DNA of 18,321 nt from Bacteriovoracaceae bacterium (GCA_049599895.1 JBMYPC010000058.1:1-18321); one strand, 5' to 3'. Positions 9,184 through 17,198 are shown, counted from the stretch's first letter. The notes: generated by a model from the sequence alone, not told the origin. A program made the numbers and translations.

Positions 9184-10371
9184 TTAGAGAGCCACATTCA
9201 TAGGGAAATCAAGTGTCAGCTGACCTTGTCTTAATAAATCACCGGACTCTGAAAAGAGCTTTATTCCGCCAGTGTAGCGAATTAAATTAAAATGAACGAT
9301 TCTCTCAAGTTTTATTTCAAGATGATTCCCCGTAAGCTCTCCGAAGTTATTCTTCTCTTTAATCGTGAAATTAAGAGTTTGTTTAAGAGGGTTAAACTCG
9401 ATATCTTCGATTGTCTTAATGTTATCGTTTTCTTCATCAAGTTGAACATTTGAATAAAGAATTGGTCTTGGGTTTCCAAATGCCACTTCGATCACAGGGT
9501 TTCTCAAATCCCTTAAATCAATTTTGGTTAAATCCGCTCTGCCGTAGAACCAGTTCTCTGGTCCTATCGCAAGATACATTTCTTTTAAAATACCACTAGT
9601 AGACTCATCACCATGAAACTCAGGAGATGAGCCGATCTTGTCTTTGAAAGGGGCTATCTTTGTGGCAAAGGTACCAAGGCATTGCTGTGCCCTTGGTGTT
9701 GGTGCTTGAGTATTGGCATCTTCCCCCAGAAGAGTCTTAAGATCTCCAAGTTTTGAACAAGTTCCAAGTTTACCTGAAAGCACATACTTCACTCTACTAA
9801 GAGCACGACATCCCATTACAGCTTGTACTATTTGTTTAAACTGAGGAGTATTGGTTTGCCCTGCTTCTTTCATTTGCTTATAAATCACAAGTTTTTCTTC
9901 ACACTTTAATCCTGCAAGCTTTGCTTGGATTTCTTTCATCTTTGCCTGAAGTTTCTCAACTCCTGTTTTTCCATCTTGAGGAGATGGAGCGAGACATGCT
10001 TTCGCCCCACCAAAAAACTGAACGATTGAATAACACTTTTCAACCTTGTCCTCTTTGATCATTTTAACGAGAGCTGGGAACAACTTTCCTCGCAGACGAC
10101 TAATTTCTCTTCCAATTTGAGGAACTTTTTGAATTCTTCTTCTAATTTCTCGTTTTTTGCTCTGATCAAGTTCAACACCATTTGTACTCTCTACTACTGG
10201 ATAATAAAATGCATTAACACCTTCAGCGACAGCACCATGTTTTATCGTCGAAGAGGCTCTTTGAAACGTCTTATCAACTTGAACTTCTTTTTTTCTGGCC
10301 TTGGTCTTTTCCGCTTCAACACCACAACCGATTAATAAAACTGCTGAGAAAACTAAACTTAAAAACTTCAT
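9184..10371 (-). CDS. Hypothetical lipoprotein with Cys-rich helical region
   Basis: Probable start MKFLSLVFSAVLLIG-C at 10371 (lipobox LIGC); six further cysteines; beta-rich C-terminus. Confidence 0.75.
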   Translation of the reverse strand: MKFLSLVFSAVLLIGCGVEAEKTKARKKEVQVDKTFQRASSTIKHGAVAEGVNAFYYPVVESTNGVELDQSKKREIRRRIQKVPQIGREISRLRGKLFPALVKMIKEDKVEKCYSIVQFFGGAKACLAPSPQDGKTGVEKLQAKMKEIQAKLAGLKCEEKLVIYKQMKEAGQTNTPQFKQIVQAVMGCRALSRVKYVLSGKLGTCSKLGDLKTLLGEDANTQAPTPRAQQCLGTFATKIAPFKDKIGSSPEFHGDESTSGILKEMYLAIGPENWFYGRADLTKIDLRDLRNPVIEVAFGNPRPILYSNVQLDEENDNIKTIEDIEFNPLKQTLNFTIKEKNNFGELTGNHLEIKLERIVHFNLIRYTGGIKLFSESGDLLRQGQLTLDFPMNVAL

Positions 10372-10386
10372 ATCTTGACCTTTCAT

Positions 10387-11628
10387 TTAGAAAAAGAGTT
10401 TTGCGTTAAAAGAAACAAAATTGAAATCCTCGACGTTTCTTCCGTAGAGGACTGACCCATAATTAAGCTGCATCCCCATAGGTACAGGGAATTTTTTGGC
10501 CCTAAAGGCATTGATAGTACTGTACTCAACTCCAAAGAGTGCTGAGTGAAGCTCTTCTTCCGTTTCTTCTTCTAAGAAACGATAACGAGCTCCTTCATAC
10601 TTCCTTCCAGAATAAGAGTCTTCAAATTTATAAGAATAAGTGTAGGCTCCGCTGAGTTTTAAAGCGTCTGTAAATTTATAAGAAACCCCAGGAGTAATGG
10701 AAAAGATATCACCAAGATCTCTTTTAATATTATTATCAATATCAGCTGTGAAAACTTTTTCACCAGACTCCTCTGGAACTCTGTCAGCATAGGTGTCGGG
10801 AAGCTGGGCAGTGTAACTGACGTTTCCTGAGAAAGTTAAGGCCCCGTCTTTTGTAGCACGGTAGTCTGCTTGAACTCCTGCTCCTAAATCAAACTGGCCA
10901 TCCCCAGCAGAAGTATCACCAAACTTATTAAGGTCCTTTGAATCACCTGTTGGAGCAACAATTAAATTAGTGAAAACAACAGTTGCCTTTGAGTTTTTAA
11001 GAACTTGATAATTACTCATAAGCATCACATCACCAAGCTGAGTAACGTTCCTATCTTCAAGGTCATCATATCCTGATTCTTCGACTTTAATTTCAACAGC
11101 ACGGTTCACTTTGTCTTGAATCTCAGTGATCTTTTCACAGAGCCCATTTTCACATTCAGCTTGGGCAATTGCTGGAAGAGAATCGCTGGCAACTGTCCCA
11201 TAATCAAAGTGATAATCTTTTTGATAAATCCCAAGGGCCATGGCAACTGTCCATTTTTCATTCACTCCATAACCGGCAGCGACCGAATGAACCGCTAATC
11301 CGAGATTGGCCTCAAGGTTGGCAACGGCCATAAGGTCTTCAGGAGTTTGGCCATTGGCGAGAATAATTCCCTCTGCTGTGTTTTTATCAATTTCCGTTTC
11401 TTCTGCATCAATCAGTTTTTGGTAACTAATATTTGTTGAGCCACCAAGGTCCTCAACTTCACCTAGGTCATTTCGTTTACTATTAATCTGATTGTAAATT
11501 CCAACATAGTTAAAAGTTCGAATTCCTTTTGGAAGTAACGCCGCTCCAGGGAAACTAATTGTCGGGGCAAGACCACCGGCCATTAGATCGAAAGACACCA
11601 TTAGAGCTATAAATACTGCTTTTTTCAT
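10387..11628 (-). CDS. Outer-membrane beta-barrel transporter-like protein (MetA-pathway/SphA-like)
   Basis: Probable start MKKAVF at 11628 with GGGAG SD; signal peptide; LGDV, APTG, GDGQFD, DLGD motifs; alternating strands; C-terminal Phe. Confidence 0.72.
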   Translation of the reverse strand: MKKAVFIALMVSFDLMAGGLAPTISFPGAALLPKGIRTFNYVGIYNQINSKRNDLGEVEDLGGSTNISYQKLIDAEETEIDKNTAEGIILANGQTPEDLMAVANLEANLGLAVHSVAAGYGVNEKWTVAMALGIYQKDYHFDYGTVASDSLPAIAQAECENGLCEKITEIQDKVNRAVEIKVEESGYDDLEDRNVTQLGDVMLMSNYQVLKNSKATVVFTNLIVAPTGDSKDLNKFGDTSAGDGQFDLGAGVQADYRATKDGALTFSGNVSYTAQLPDTYADRVPEESGEKVFTADIDNNIKRDLGDIFSITPGVSYKFTDALKLSGAYTYSYKFEDSYSGRKYEGARYRFLEEETEEELHSALFGVEYSTINAFRAKKFPVPMGMQLNYGSVLYGRNVEDFNFVSFNAKLFF

Positions 11629-11804
11629 TTCTTGCTCCCGCAAATTCAGAAAGAGATTTTGTTCACTGAGCACAAACTGAGAGTAGGCTGGTTTTTGACT
11701 ACCCTAAACAATGCGTTATTTCAAATTTGTTAGCGTCAGATTAGGCATGGTTTTGTAAGTTTTTCCATCATAAGGCACTGAATTTACGTTCTTCTCCTAT
11801 TCAA

Positions 11805-11828
11805 AGTATTGAAATTTCGACCAATACT
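11805..11828. promoter_or_regulatory. Inverted repeat AGTATTG-N10-CAATACT in divergent intergenic region (candidate operator)
   Basis: Perfect 7-bp arms ending 15 nt before the cyclase ATG. Confidence 0.35.
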
Positions 11829-11843
11829 ACCGATGAGAACACT

Positions 11844-13214
11844 ATGAAGTTCTCTTTATTAAAATATTTCTCTTCACCTGAAGATCACTCACTCAGCCCT
11901 GAGGTCAGTGACGGGATAAAGAGAGAACAAGACTCTTCTGAAATTATCATTAGTTGGACCCAGTTTATTTTTTCCGTTTCAATGTTTTCAATTTGGCTTT
12001 TTTCCACATTCGTTCGTGCTCATAAGCCCGAATATGAAATCATTCCACTTATTCTTGGGGCCTATACATTCTTTTCAATCGCCAAAATATCTTGGGCCAA
12101 AAAGGGCCTCGTTAATGAAGCCGTTCTGAGTATCTCCGTTATTGTTGATATTGCCCTTGTGACATCTCTCATCTGGCTTTTTCACATTCAATACAAACAA
12201 GCTCCTGGGTTCTATTTAAAAGTACCAACTTTTGTTTATTACTTTTTCTTCATTGCCTTAAGAGGCTTGCGATACGAAACCAAGTTTGTATTGATGGCCG
12301 GTTTAACTTCCATCTTTTCCTGGGCAGCTCTTCTTTATTATGCTCTAGAGCATCCTGCAACCGCCGTTAGCCGAAGCTTTGTCAACTATACAAGTAGTCA
12401 CGATGTTTTAGTGGGGGCGGAAATTGAAAAAATCATTGGAATCCTAGTTGTCACTCTCGCCACAACAATCTCTGTTCATCGAAAACGAAAACTCCTTGAA
12501 CAATCTGTTAACGATGCCACGGCAAGAAAGAACCTTACAAACTTTTTCAGTGAAGATGTCGCCAAAGCGATTCATAGCGACCCCAATTCTCTTATCCCTG
12601 GTCATGGGAAAATAGCCGAGGCCTCAATTCTCACTATTGATCTTAGAAACTTTACAAAGATGACGGAAAGCTGGCCCCCCAATGACATTCTTAAACTTAT
12701 TTCGGAATATCAAAGTATCGTTGTCCCCATCATTTTAAAGAATGGGGGCTGTATCGATAAGTACATGGGAGACGGCATTCTCGCTCACTTTGGGGCCGCA
12801 CGTCCCTCAAAGACCTTCGCAGCGGATACTTTAAAAACAATGGAGGAAATCCAAGAGGCTTTCTCTCATTGGAATCAACAAAGACGTTCTGAAGGAAAGC
12901 CTAGACTTCATTTTGGTCAAGCTGCTTCTACTGGAAAAGTTATCTTTGGAACCACAGGGGAAAAGAACCGGCTCGAGTTCACCACCATTGGCAGTACCGT
13001 AAATATCGCTTCAAAACTTGAGAAGGTTACAAAGACCCTTGGTGTGAGTTCCGTTCTGACCCAAAGAACTTTAAAGCTTTCTAAAACTCAAGGCTATCAT
13101 CCGAACTCAGAGATCAAGTCTATGAAGAGTTACGACTTACCTGGTTCGGATGAATCAATTGATCTTGTTGTTTTCGAATCGTTCTCACAATCAAAGCAAG
13201 ATTTAGCTTCTTAG
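11844..13214 (+). CDS. Membrane-anchored class III adenylate/guanylate cyclase
   Basis: About 6 N-terminal TM helices; IDLRNFT, IDKYMGDG, RLEFTTIGSTVNIASKLE; K/T specificity residues suggest ATP. Confidence 0.92.
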   Translation: MKFSLLKYFSSPEDHSLSPEVSDGIKREQDSSEIIISWTQFIFSVSMFSIWLFSTFVRAHKPEYEIIPLILGAYTFFSIAKISWAKKGLVNEAVLSISVIVDIALVTSLIWLFHIQYKQAPGFYLKVPTFVYYFFFIALRGLRYETKFVLMAGLTSIFSWAALLYYALEHPATAVSRSFVNYTSSHDVLVGAEIEKIIGILVVTLATTISVHRKRKLLEQSVNDATARKNLTNFFSEDVAKAIHSDPNSLIPGHGKIAEASILTIDLRNFTKMTESWPPNDILKLISEYQSIVVPIILKNGGCIDKYMGDGILAHFGAARPSKTFAADTLKTMEEIQEAFSHWNQQRRSEGKPRLHFGQAASTGKVIFGTTGEKNRLEFTTIGSTVNIASKLEKVTKTLGVSSVLTQRTLKLSKTQGYHPNSEIKSMKSYDLPGSDESIDLVVFESFSQSKQDLAS

Positions 13215-13747
13215 TAATTCGCTGCTATCTCGTTAAGCGCCTCAATCAATTTCTTAGAAGACATAATACGACAATGATTACTTAGTGGCTCCCCCAGAAC
13301 AACATCAGCTCTATAAACTCCATACTGAATCACCAGCTCCCCGTCCCCTACCAGGGAAACCTTTGAAGTTAACTTATCCAAGCGCTGCTTGAAGCTAAAA
13401 AGTTCTTGGAGATTTATTTTGTTGAGATTAAGCAAGTTTACAAACCTTGGATGTGTATAGAGAACATCTGAAACCATTAAATACATCTTGTTGGCACAAT
13501 AAGTGTGATAATAAATTGAATGACTATTAATTCTTTGATTATATGTCCAACCCCTATAATTTACAGAGAGCTCCTCTCCGACTGGGCCCAGATTTGAATC
13601 ATAATCACTTTTATAATAGTAACCACTTGCAACTACATCTAGTCCTACAATTTTGTGTAATGTTGCCTCATCTTCGGACTCTACGATTTCGGCTTGAGCC
13701 GAACTAAACACGAAAACAAAAATTGATAATAAGAATAAGCTCTTCAT
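13211..13747 (-). CDS. Hypothetical secreted protein
   Basis: Probable start MKSLFLLSIFVFVFSSAQA at 13747 with AAGGAG SD; two Cys; converges on cyclase with 4-bp stop overlap. Confidence 0.75.
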   Translation of the reverse strand: MKSLFLLSIFVFVFSSAQAEIVESEDEATLHKIVGLDVVASGYYYKSDYDSNLGPVGEELSVNYRGWTYNQRINSHSIYYHTYCANKMYLMVSDVLYTHPRFVNLLNLNKINLQELFSFKQRLDKLTSKVSLVGDGELVIQYGVYRADVVLGEPLSNHCRIMSSKKLIEALNEIAANY

Positions 13748-14049
13748 ATGAAAACTCCTTTCGTTACATAAAACCTTCATCATTCTGTACCGCGATTTGT
13801 TTTTCAACTGAAGAAACTGTGTAGCTTTAGTGATTGCAGTTTTGAAAACAGGTAAAAATTATTACCCAAACCAATCCCGAAAAACTTCCTGAAGGTACTT
13901 ATTACGCAACTCCCCAGCTTGCGTCAATGGTTGCCAGTGGCAAGCAGAGACTATTTAGCCAACTTATTTCGCATCTCAACCGTAACAAAGCGAAGAAGAG
14001 GATCAATAAAGAGGGGAAGTCGTGAATAGCTGGAAATTTAAGAGAATCA

Positions 14050-14137
14050 AAATAGGGCGTCGTGTTTTTTTGGATTTCGTCACTATTTTCATTCGCCGTG
14101 TTTATATATCCAAGAATTAATAACATAGAAGAGTGTT
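14050..14137 (+). repeat. Diverged 88-bp direct repeat, copy 1
   Basis: Ungapped match to 17047-17134: first 13 nt identical (AAATAGGGCGTCG), 26/29, 43/58 and 57/88 by hand count. Confidence 0.85.
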
Positions 14138-14138
14138 A

Positions 14139-14186
14139 TACAAAAATGTCAATTGTCTACATTTGTAGACAATTGACATTTTTGTA
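14139..14186. promoter_or_regulatory. 48-bp palindrome (23-bp perfect arms, 2-nt centre), candidate operator
   Basis: TACAAAAATGTCAATTGTCTACA-TT-TGTAGACAATTGACATTTTTGTA. Confidence 0.9.
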
Positions 14187-14200
14187 ATCATTTGTATACT
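14173..14200 (+). promoter_or_regulatory. Sigma70 promoter TTGACA-N16-TATACT, probably producing a leaderless mRNA
   Basis: -35 at 14173-14178 (inside palindrome), -10 at 14195-14200 preceded by TG; ATG at 14208; no SD. Confidence 0.8.
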
Positions 14201-14207
14201 GTCAAGT

Positions 14208-14414
14208 ATGGCTAAAAATAATCAAACAGAGGATACTTCTGTTCTCTCCTTTCGAGTAAGCAGTTCATATCTGAAAAAGATAGAAACATTTGCGAAACAT
14301 AGGATTGACGAAACAGGCAAAAAGCTTAGTACTAGTAAAGCTGCGAGAATGCTTCTTTTTCAAGCACTAGAGATCATAGAAAATTCCGAGCATCCAAAAA
14401 AGAGAAGGAAATAA
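14208..14414 (+). CDS. Small basic ribbon-helix-helix (CopG/Arc/MetJ-like) DNA-binding protein
   Basis: Alternating strand VLSFRVS, helix YLKKIETFAK, turn, helix STSKAARMLLFQAL; basic tail; 2 nt from MTase start. Confidence 0.75.
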   Translation: MAKNNQTEDTSVLSFRVSSSYLKKIETFAKHRIDETGKKLSTSKAARMLLFQALEIIENSEHPKKRRK

Positions 14415-14416
14415 AA

Positions 14417-15598
14417 TTGATATTTGATATTAAATTGAAAGAAGTAATTGAATATTTAAAGCTTAATCTGAAAGGGAAGTTTGATGATGATACAACTCAG
14501 GCTATAGCTACACATATACTACAGAACCCAACAGAAACAGTGCCTTTTCTCACAGAAAGCTTCAAAAAAAAGCTCCAGAAGGACTTATCCATAACCTCGT
14601 CTATAATAGACCCTGATATACCCTTCCCTCCTAATAAAATGGCCAATTTTAAATTTATAGACCTTTTTGCAGGAATAGGTGGTTTCAGGATACCTTTGCA
14701 AGAAATAGGTGGAAAATGTGTCTTTTCTTCTGAATGGGATAAATCTGCAAAAAAAACATATTTTCAAAACTTTGGAGAGATTCCATTTGGCGACATTCGT
14801 GATTTTACAAAAAAGGAGTTCACTAATGCACAAATTAACAAACTCATACCCGATCATGATATTTTAGCAGCTGGGTTTCCATGCCAACCCTTTAGTCATG
14901 CTGGTGTTTCTGCAAGGCAGTCAGTTGGGAAAAAACATGGATTTGAGGATGAGATACAGGGAACATTATTTTTTGATATTGTTAGGATTGTAAAAGCAAA
15001 AAAGCCTAAAATACTTCTGCTAGAAAACGTAAGAAATTTAAAGTCACACGACGAGGGTAGAACCTTTAATAAAATAAAGGATACTGTTGAAAAATATCTG
15101 AATTATAGTTTTTCTTTTGAAATCATAGACTCTTCTTCACTTGTACCTCAGCGTAGAAAGAGATGTTTCATGATTTGTTATCGAGACAAAGGTAGTACTT
15201 ATCAATTTCCTGAAATCACTGGAGAGCCCTTGCCACTACGTTCTATTCTTGAAAAAAGCCCTCCAAGTAAATACACCATCTCCGACAAGTTGTGGGCAGG
15301 CCACATATCTAGAACAAAAAGAAATATAGAGCGTGGAACTGGTTTTACTGCACATACCGCTGATTTGGATAAACCTTCTAACACCATTGTTGCGAGATAC
15401 GGAAAAGATGGTAAAGAATGTTTAATTCCCCAAAAAGGCAAAAACCCCAGAAAGTTGACACCAAGAGAGTGTGCAAGACTCTTGGGTTTTCCTGAGGATT
15501 ACCTATTGCCCGAGTATGACAGTCCCGCATACAAGCAATTTGGTAACTCTGTAGTAGTACCAGTCGTCAAAGAGATTGTTAAAAACCTAGACATATAA
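14417..15598 (+). CDS. DNA (cytosine-5)-methyltransferase, Dcm/HpaII/BsuFI-like
   Basis: Motifs FIDLFAGIGG (I), AGFPCQPFS (IV), LLENV (VI), VPQRRKR (VIII), TRD TIVARYGKDG, RKLTPRECARL (IX), YKQFGNSV (X); TTG start with AAGGA SD. Confidence 0.97.
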   Translation: MIFDIKLKEVIEYLKLNLKGKFDDDTTQAIATHILQNPTETVPFLTESFKKKLQKDLSITSSIIDPDIPFPPNKMANFKFIDLFAGIGGFRIPLQEIGGKCVFSSEWDKSAKKTYFQNFGEIPFGDIRDFTKKEFTNAQINKLIPDHDILAAGFPCQPFSHAGVSARQSVGKKHGFEDEIQGTLFFDIVRIVKAKKPKILLLENVRNLKSHDEGRTFNKIKDTVEKYLNYSFSFEIIDSSSLVPQRRKRCFMICYRDKGSTYQFPEITGEPLPLRSILEKSPPSKYTISDKLWAGHISRTKRNIERGTGFTAHTADLDKPSNTIVARYGKDGKECLIPQKGKNPRKLTPRECARLLGFPEDYLLPEYDSPAYKQFGNSVVVPVVKEIVKNLDI

Positions 15599-15645
15599 TA
15601 TTATAATTTCAAGTATTTAAATTTATAGCTCACGGAAGGGCTCAG

Positions 15646-16680
15646 GTGATTAGTCTTAAGCGAAACGCAGAATTGTCTTCGTGGCAAAAAGCATATTGGT
15701 ATTTGAGGATTCTTGTTAATACAGATAGATATGGCGGAGCCAACAAGTCTCATCAAAAGCTTAAAGACCTCGTGATTAGCTCTAACCAAAAGCTAAAGAA
15801 TGATGATTTTAATGATATCAAGACTCATATTGAAACAACTATTAAGTCTTTTTCTCGAGAAGGAACTAAGAAATATATTCAATTTAATGCTCTAGCTGAA
15901 GAGTTAAGTAAATATTTCTCAACGCTAAAGGATGTGAAGCTATTTTTAAACGTAATAGAGTTCATACTCATACCCACAAACGAAGCAATTTCTACGGTGC
16001 CTTCAACAGAGGCTGGCTCTATTGCACAGGAATATGCTCAAACAGAGTTAGATAGCAATGGTGAGAGTGCGCTAGCAAACCTTATTCGAGAATGGGATGT
16101 TATTACAGAAGAGCTATGTCTGAATCGAGAGAGAGAAATTCTTAATGAGTTAATTAAAAATGTTACTAATAATTTTTCAAATCTAAGCAAAAATAACCTC
16201 GCTGAACTTATCAGTGCTACATCTCAAGAGTTTGAAAGAAGGGTTGGACAAAAAAGAAAGCAACGTGCGGGAAACGACCTGGAAAGTGCAACAGATTTCA
16301 TATTAAAATATTTCAAGTTTCAATCTGCAGAAGGCCCCATGCATTTTAATGCTGGAATTGAGGTTGATAATTGGATTAAGGATAAAAGAGGATGGTACAT
16401 TGGCATAAGTCTTAAAAGGACTCTTCGAGAGAGATGGAAACAGACTCAAACTACTGAATCTGTTTTAACTTCATTCAAAATAAAAAATATTATTCATCTA
16501 ATTAATAATGACCAAGATTTATCTGACTCAAAAATTGCAGATATGGGAGCTAATAGACACTTATTTTTTGTTGCAGATTCTTCCAATGTGTTAAATGATT
16601 TAAAAGACCACCCCGCTCTGTCGAAGTTTATCTTTCCAATGTCTGAATTAATTCAAGAACTAAAAAAACTATCTGCCTAA
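15646..16680 (+). CDS. Type II restriction endonuclease, EcoRII-C/CCGG-family PD-(D/E)XK
   Basis: QKRKQRAGNDLE (cf. EcoRII RKSRAG..LE), EVD, ISLKRTLRERWKQ (KxxxRERWxQ); adjacent to C5 MTase. Confidence 0.87.
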   Translation: MISLKRNAELSSWQKAYWYLRILVNTDRYGGANKSHQKLKDLVISSNQKLKNDDFNDIKTHIETTIKSFSREGTKKYIQFNALAEELSKYFSTLKDVKLFLNVIEFILIPTNEAISTVPSTEAGSIAQEYAQTELDSNGESALANLIREWDVITEELCLNREREILNELIKNVTNNFSNLSKNNLAELISATSQEFERRVGQKRKQRAGNDLESATDFILKYFKFQSAEGPMHFNAGIEVDNWIKDKRGWYIGISLKRTLRERWKQTQTTESVLTSFKIKNIIHLINNDQDLSDSKIADMGANRHLFFVADSSNVLNDLKDHPALSKFIFPMSELIQELKKLSA

Positions 16681-16692
16681 CACAACGAACTT

Positions 16693-16775
16693 TTGAACTT
16701 TTTACCGCTCGCAAAAATCTCTGACTGCTGAAAAACCCAATGATTTCATCGGTCTGTAACGGAAAAAAAGTTCAA
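16693..16775. repeat. Imperfect inverted repeat TTGAACTTTTTACCG...CGGAAAAAAAGTTCAA
   Basis: Arms at 16693-16707 and 16760-16775 immediately after the endonuclease stop. Confidence 0.55.
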
Positions 16776-16780
16776 GAAAA

Positions 16781-16809
16781 TGGCGGAGATACTGCACCTC
16801 ATATCGAAC
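16781..16809 (-). mobile_element. Candidate att scar resembling a tRNA-Ser 3' end
   Basis: TGGCGGAGA is the reverse complement of TCTCCGCCA; followed by T-loop-like TCGAAC at 16804-16809; no full tRNA. Confidence 0.5.
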
Positions 16810-17046
16810 TATTTTATCCAAAACCCTGCTTTTAATATCAACGAAATCAAGAACTTATTTCAGGGCCAATATTAGCCATCCTCTATATGAAGACTTTCAT
16901 TCAATAGTATGTAAGATCTATGGCCCTATTGCTAAATTTATAAAGAAAACAAATGAAATTATTATTAACACTTTGGCCCAATTTATTATGAAATTGAAAT
17001 TATTGAATTGGATAAAGAGGAAGAAGTTAATGATTTTGAAAAAAGG

Positions 17047-17134
17047 AAATAGGGCGTCGGTTTTCTTTGGATTTCAATGCTATTCCACATCGGCGTATCT
17101 ATATTATTGAGTATCAACAGGTAGAAAAAGCGTT
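17047..17134 (+). repeat. Diverged 88-bp direct repeat, copy 2
   Basis: Matches 14050-14137 at constant offset 2997. Confidence 0.85.
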
Positions 17135-17161
17135 GAGCTAGAGAGATTTGCCAGTTTCACA

Positions 17162-17189
17162 ATAGAGCCTCCCTAAGGGGAAGCTCTAT
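17162..17189 (-). terminator. Hairpin terminator of the 141-aa gene
   Basis: ATAGAGCTTCCC-CTTA-GGGAGGCTCTAT on minus strand, 12-bp stem with one G:U, 9 nt past the stop; weak U tail. Confidence 0.65.
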
Positions 17190-17198
17190 CTAAATTAT

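Noticed and set aside
13902..14126. 74-aa minus-strand ORF as a confident gene
   Set aside because: No SD or recognisable domain; overlaps the repeat and competing plus-strand frames.
14208..16680. Inferring RM target from site avoidance
   Set aside because: Segment is too short and AT-rich for significance; CCTGG occurs within the endonuclease gene and CCGG occurs in flanking genes.
16674..16790. Integron attC (GCCTAAC matches RYYYAAC over the stop codon, followed by an inverted repeat)
   Set aside because: No GTTRRRY at the expected position after the right arm, no integrase in the window, and the putative cassette start GTTATAC is not complementary to GCCTAAC.
16781..16860. Complete tRNA gene on minus strand
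   Set aside because: Only the 9-nt acceptor end and a displaced TCGAAC match; no T stem, anticodon arm or D arm.
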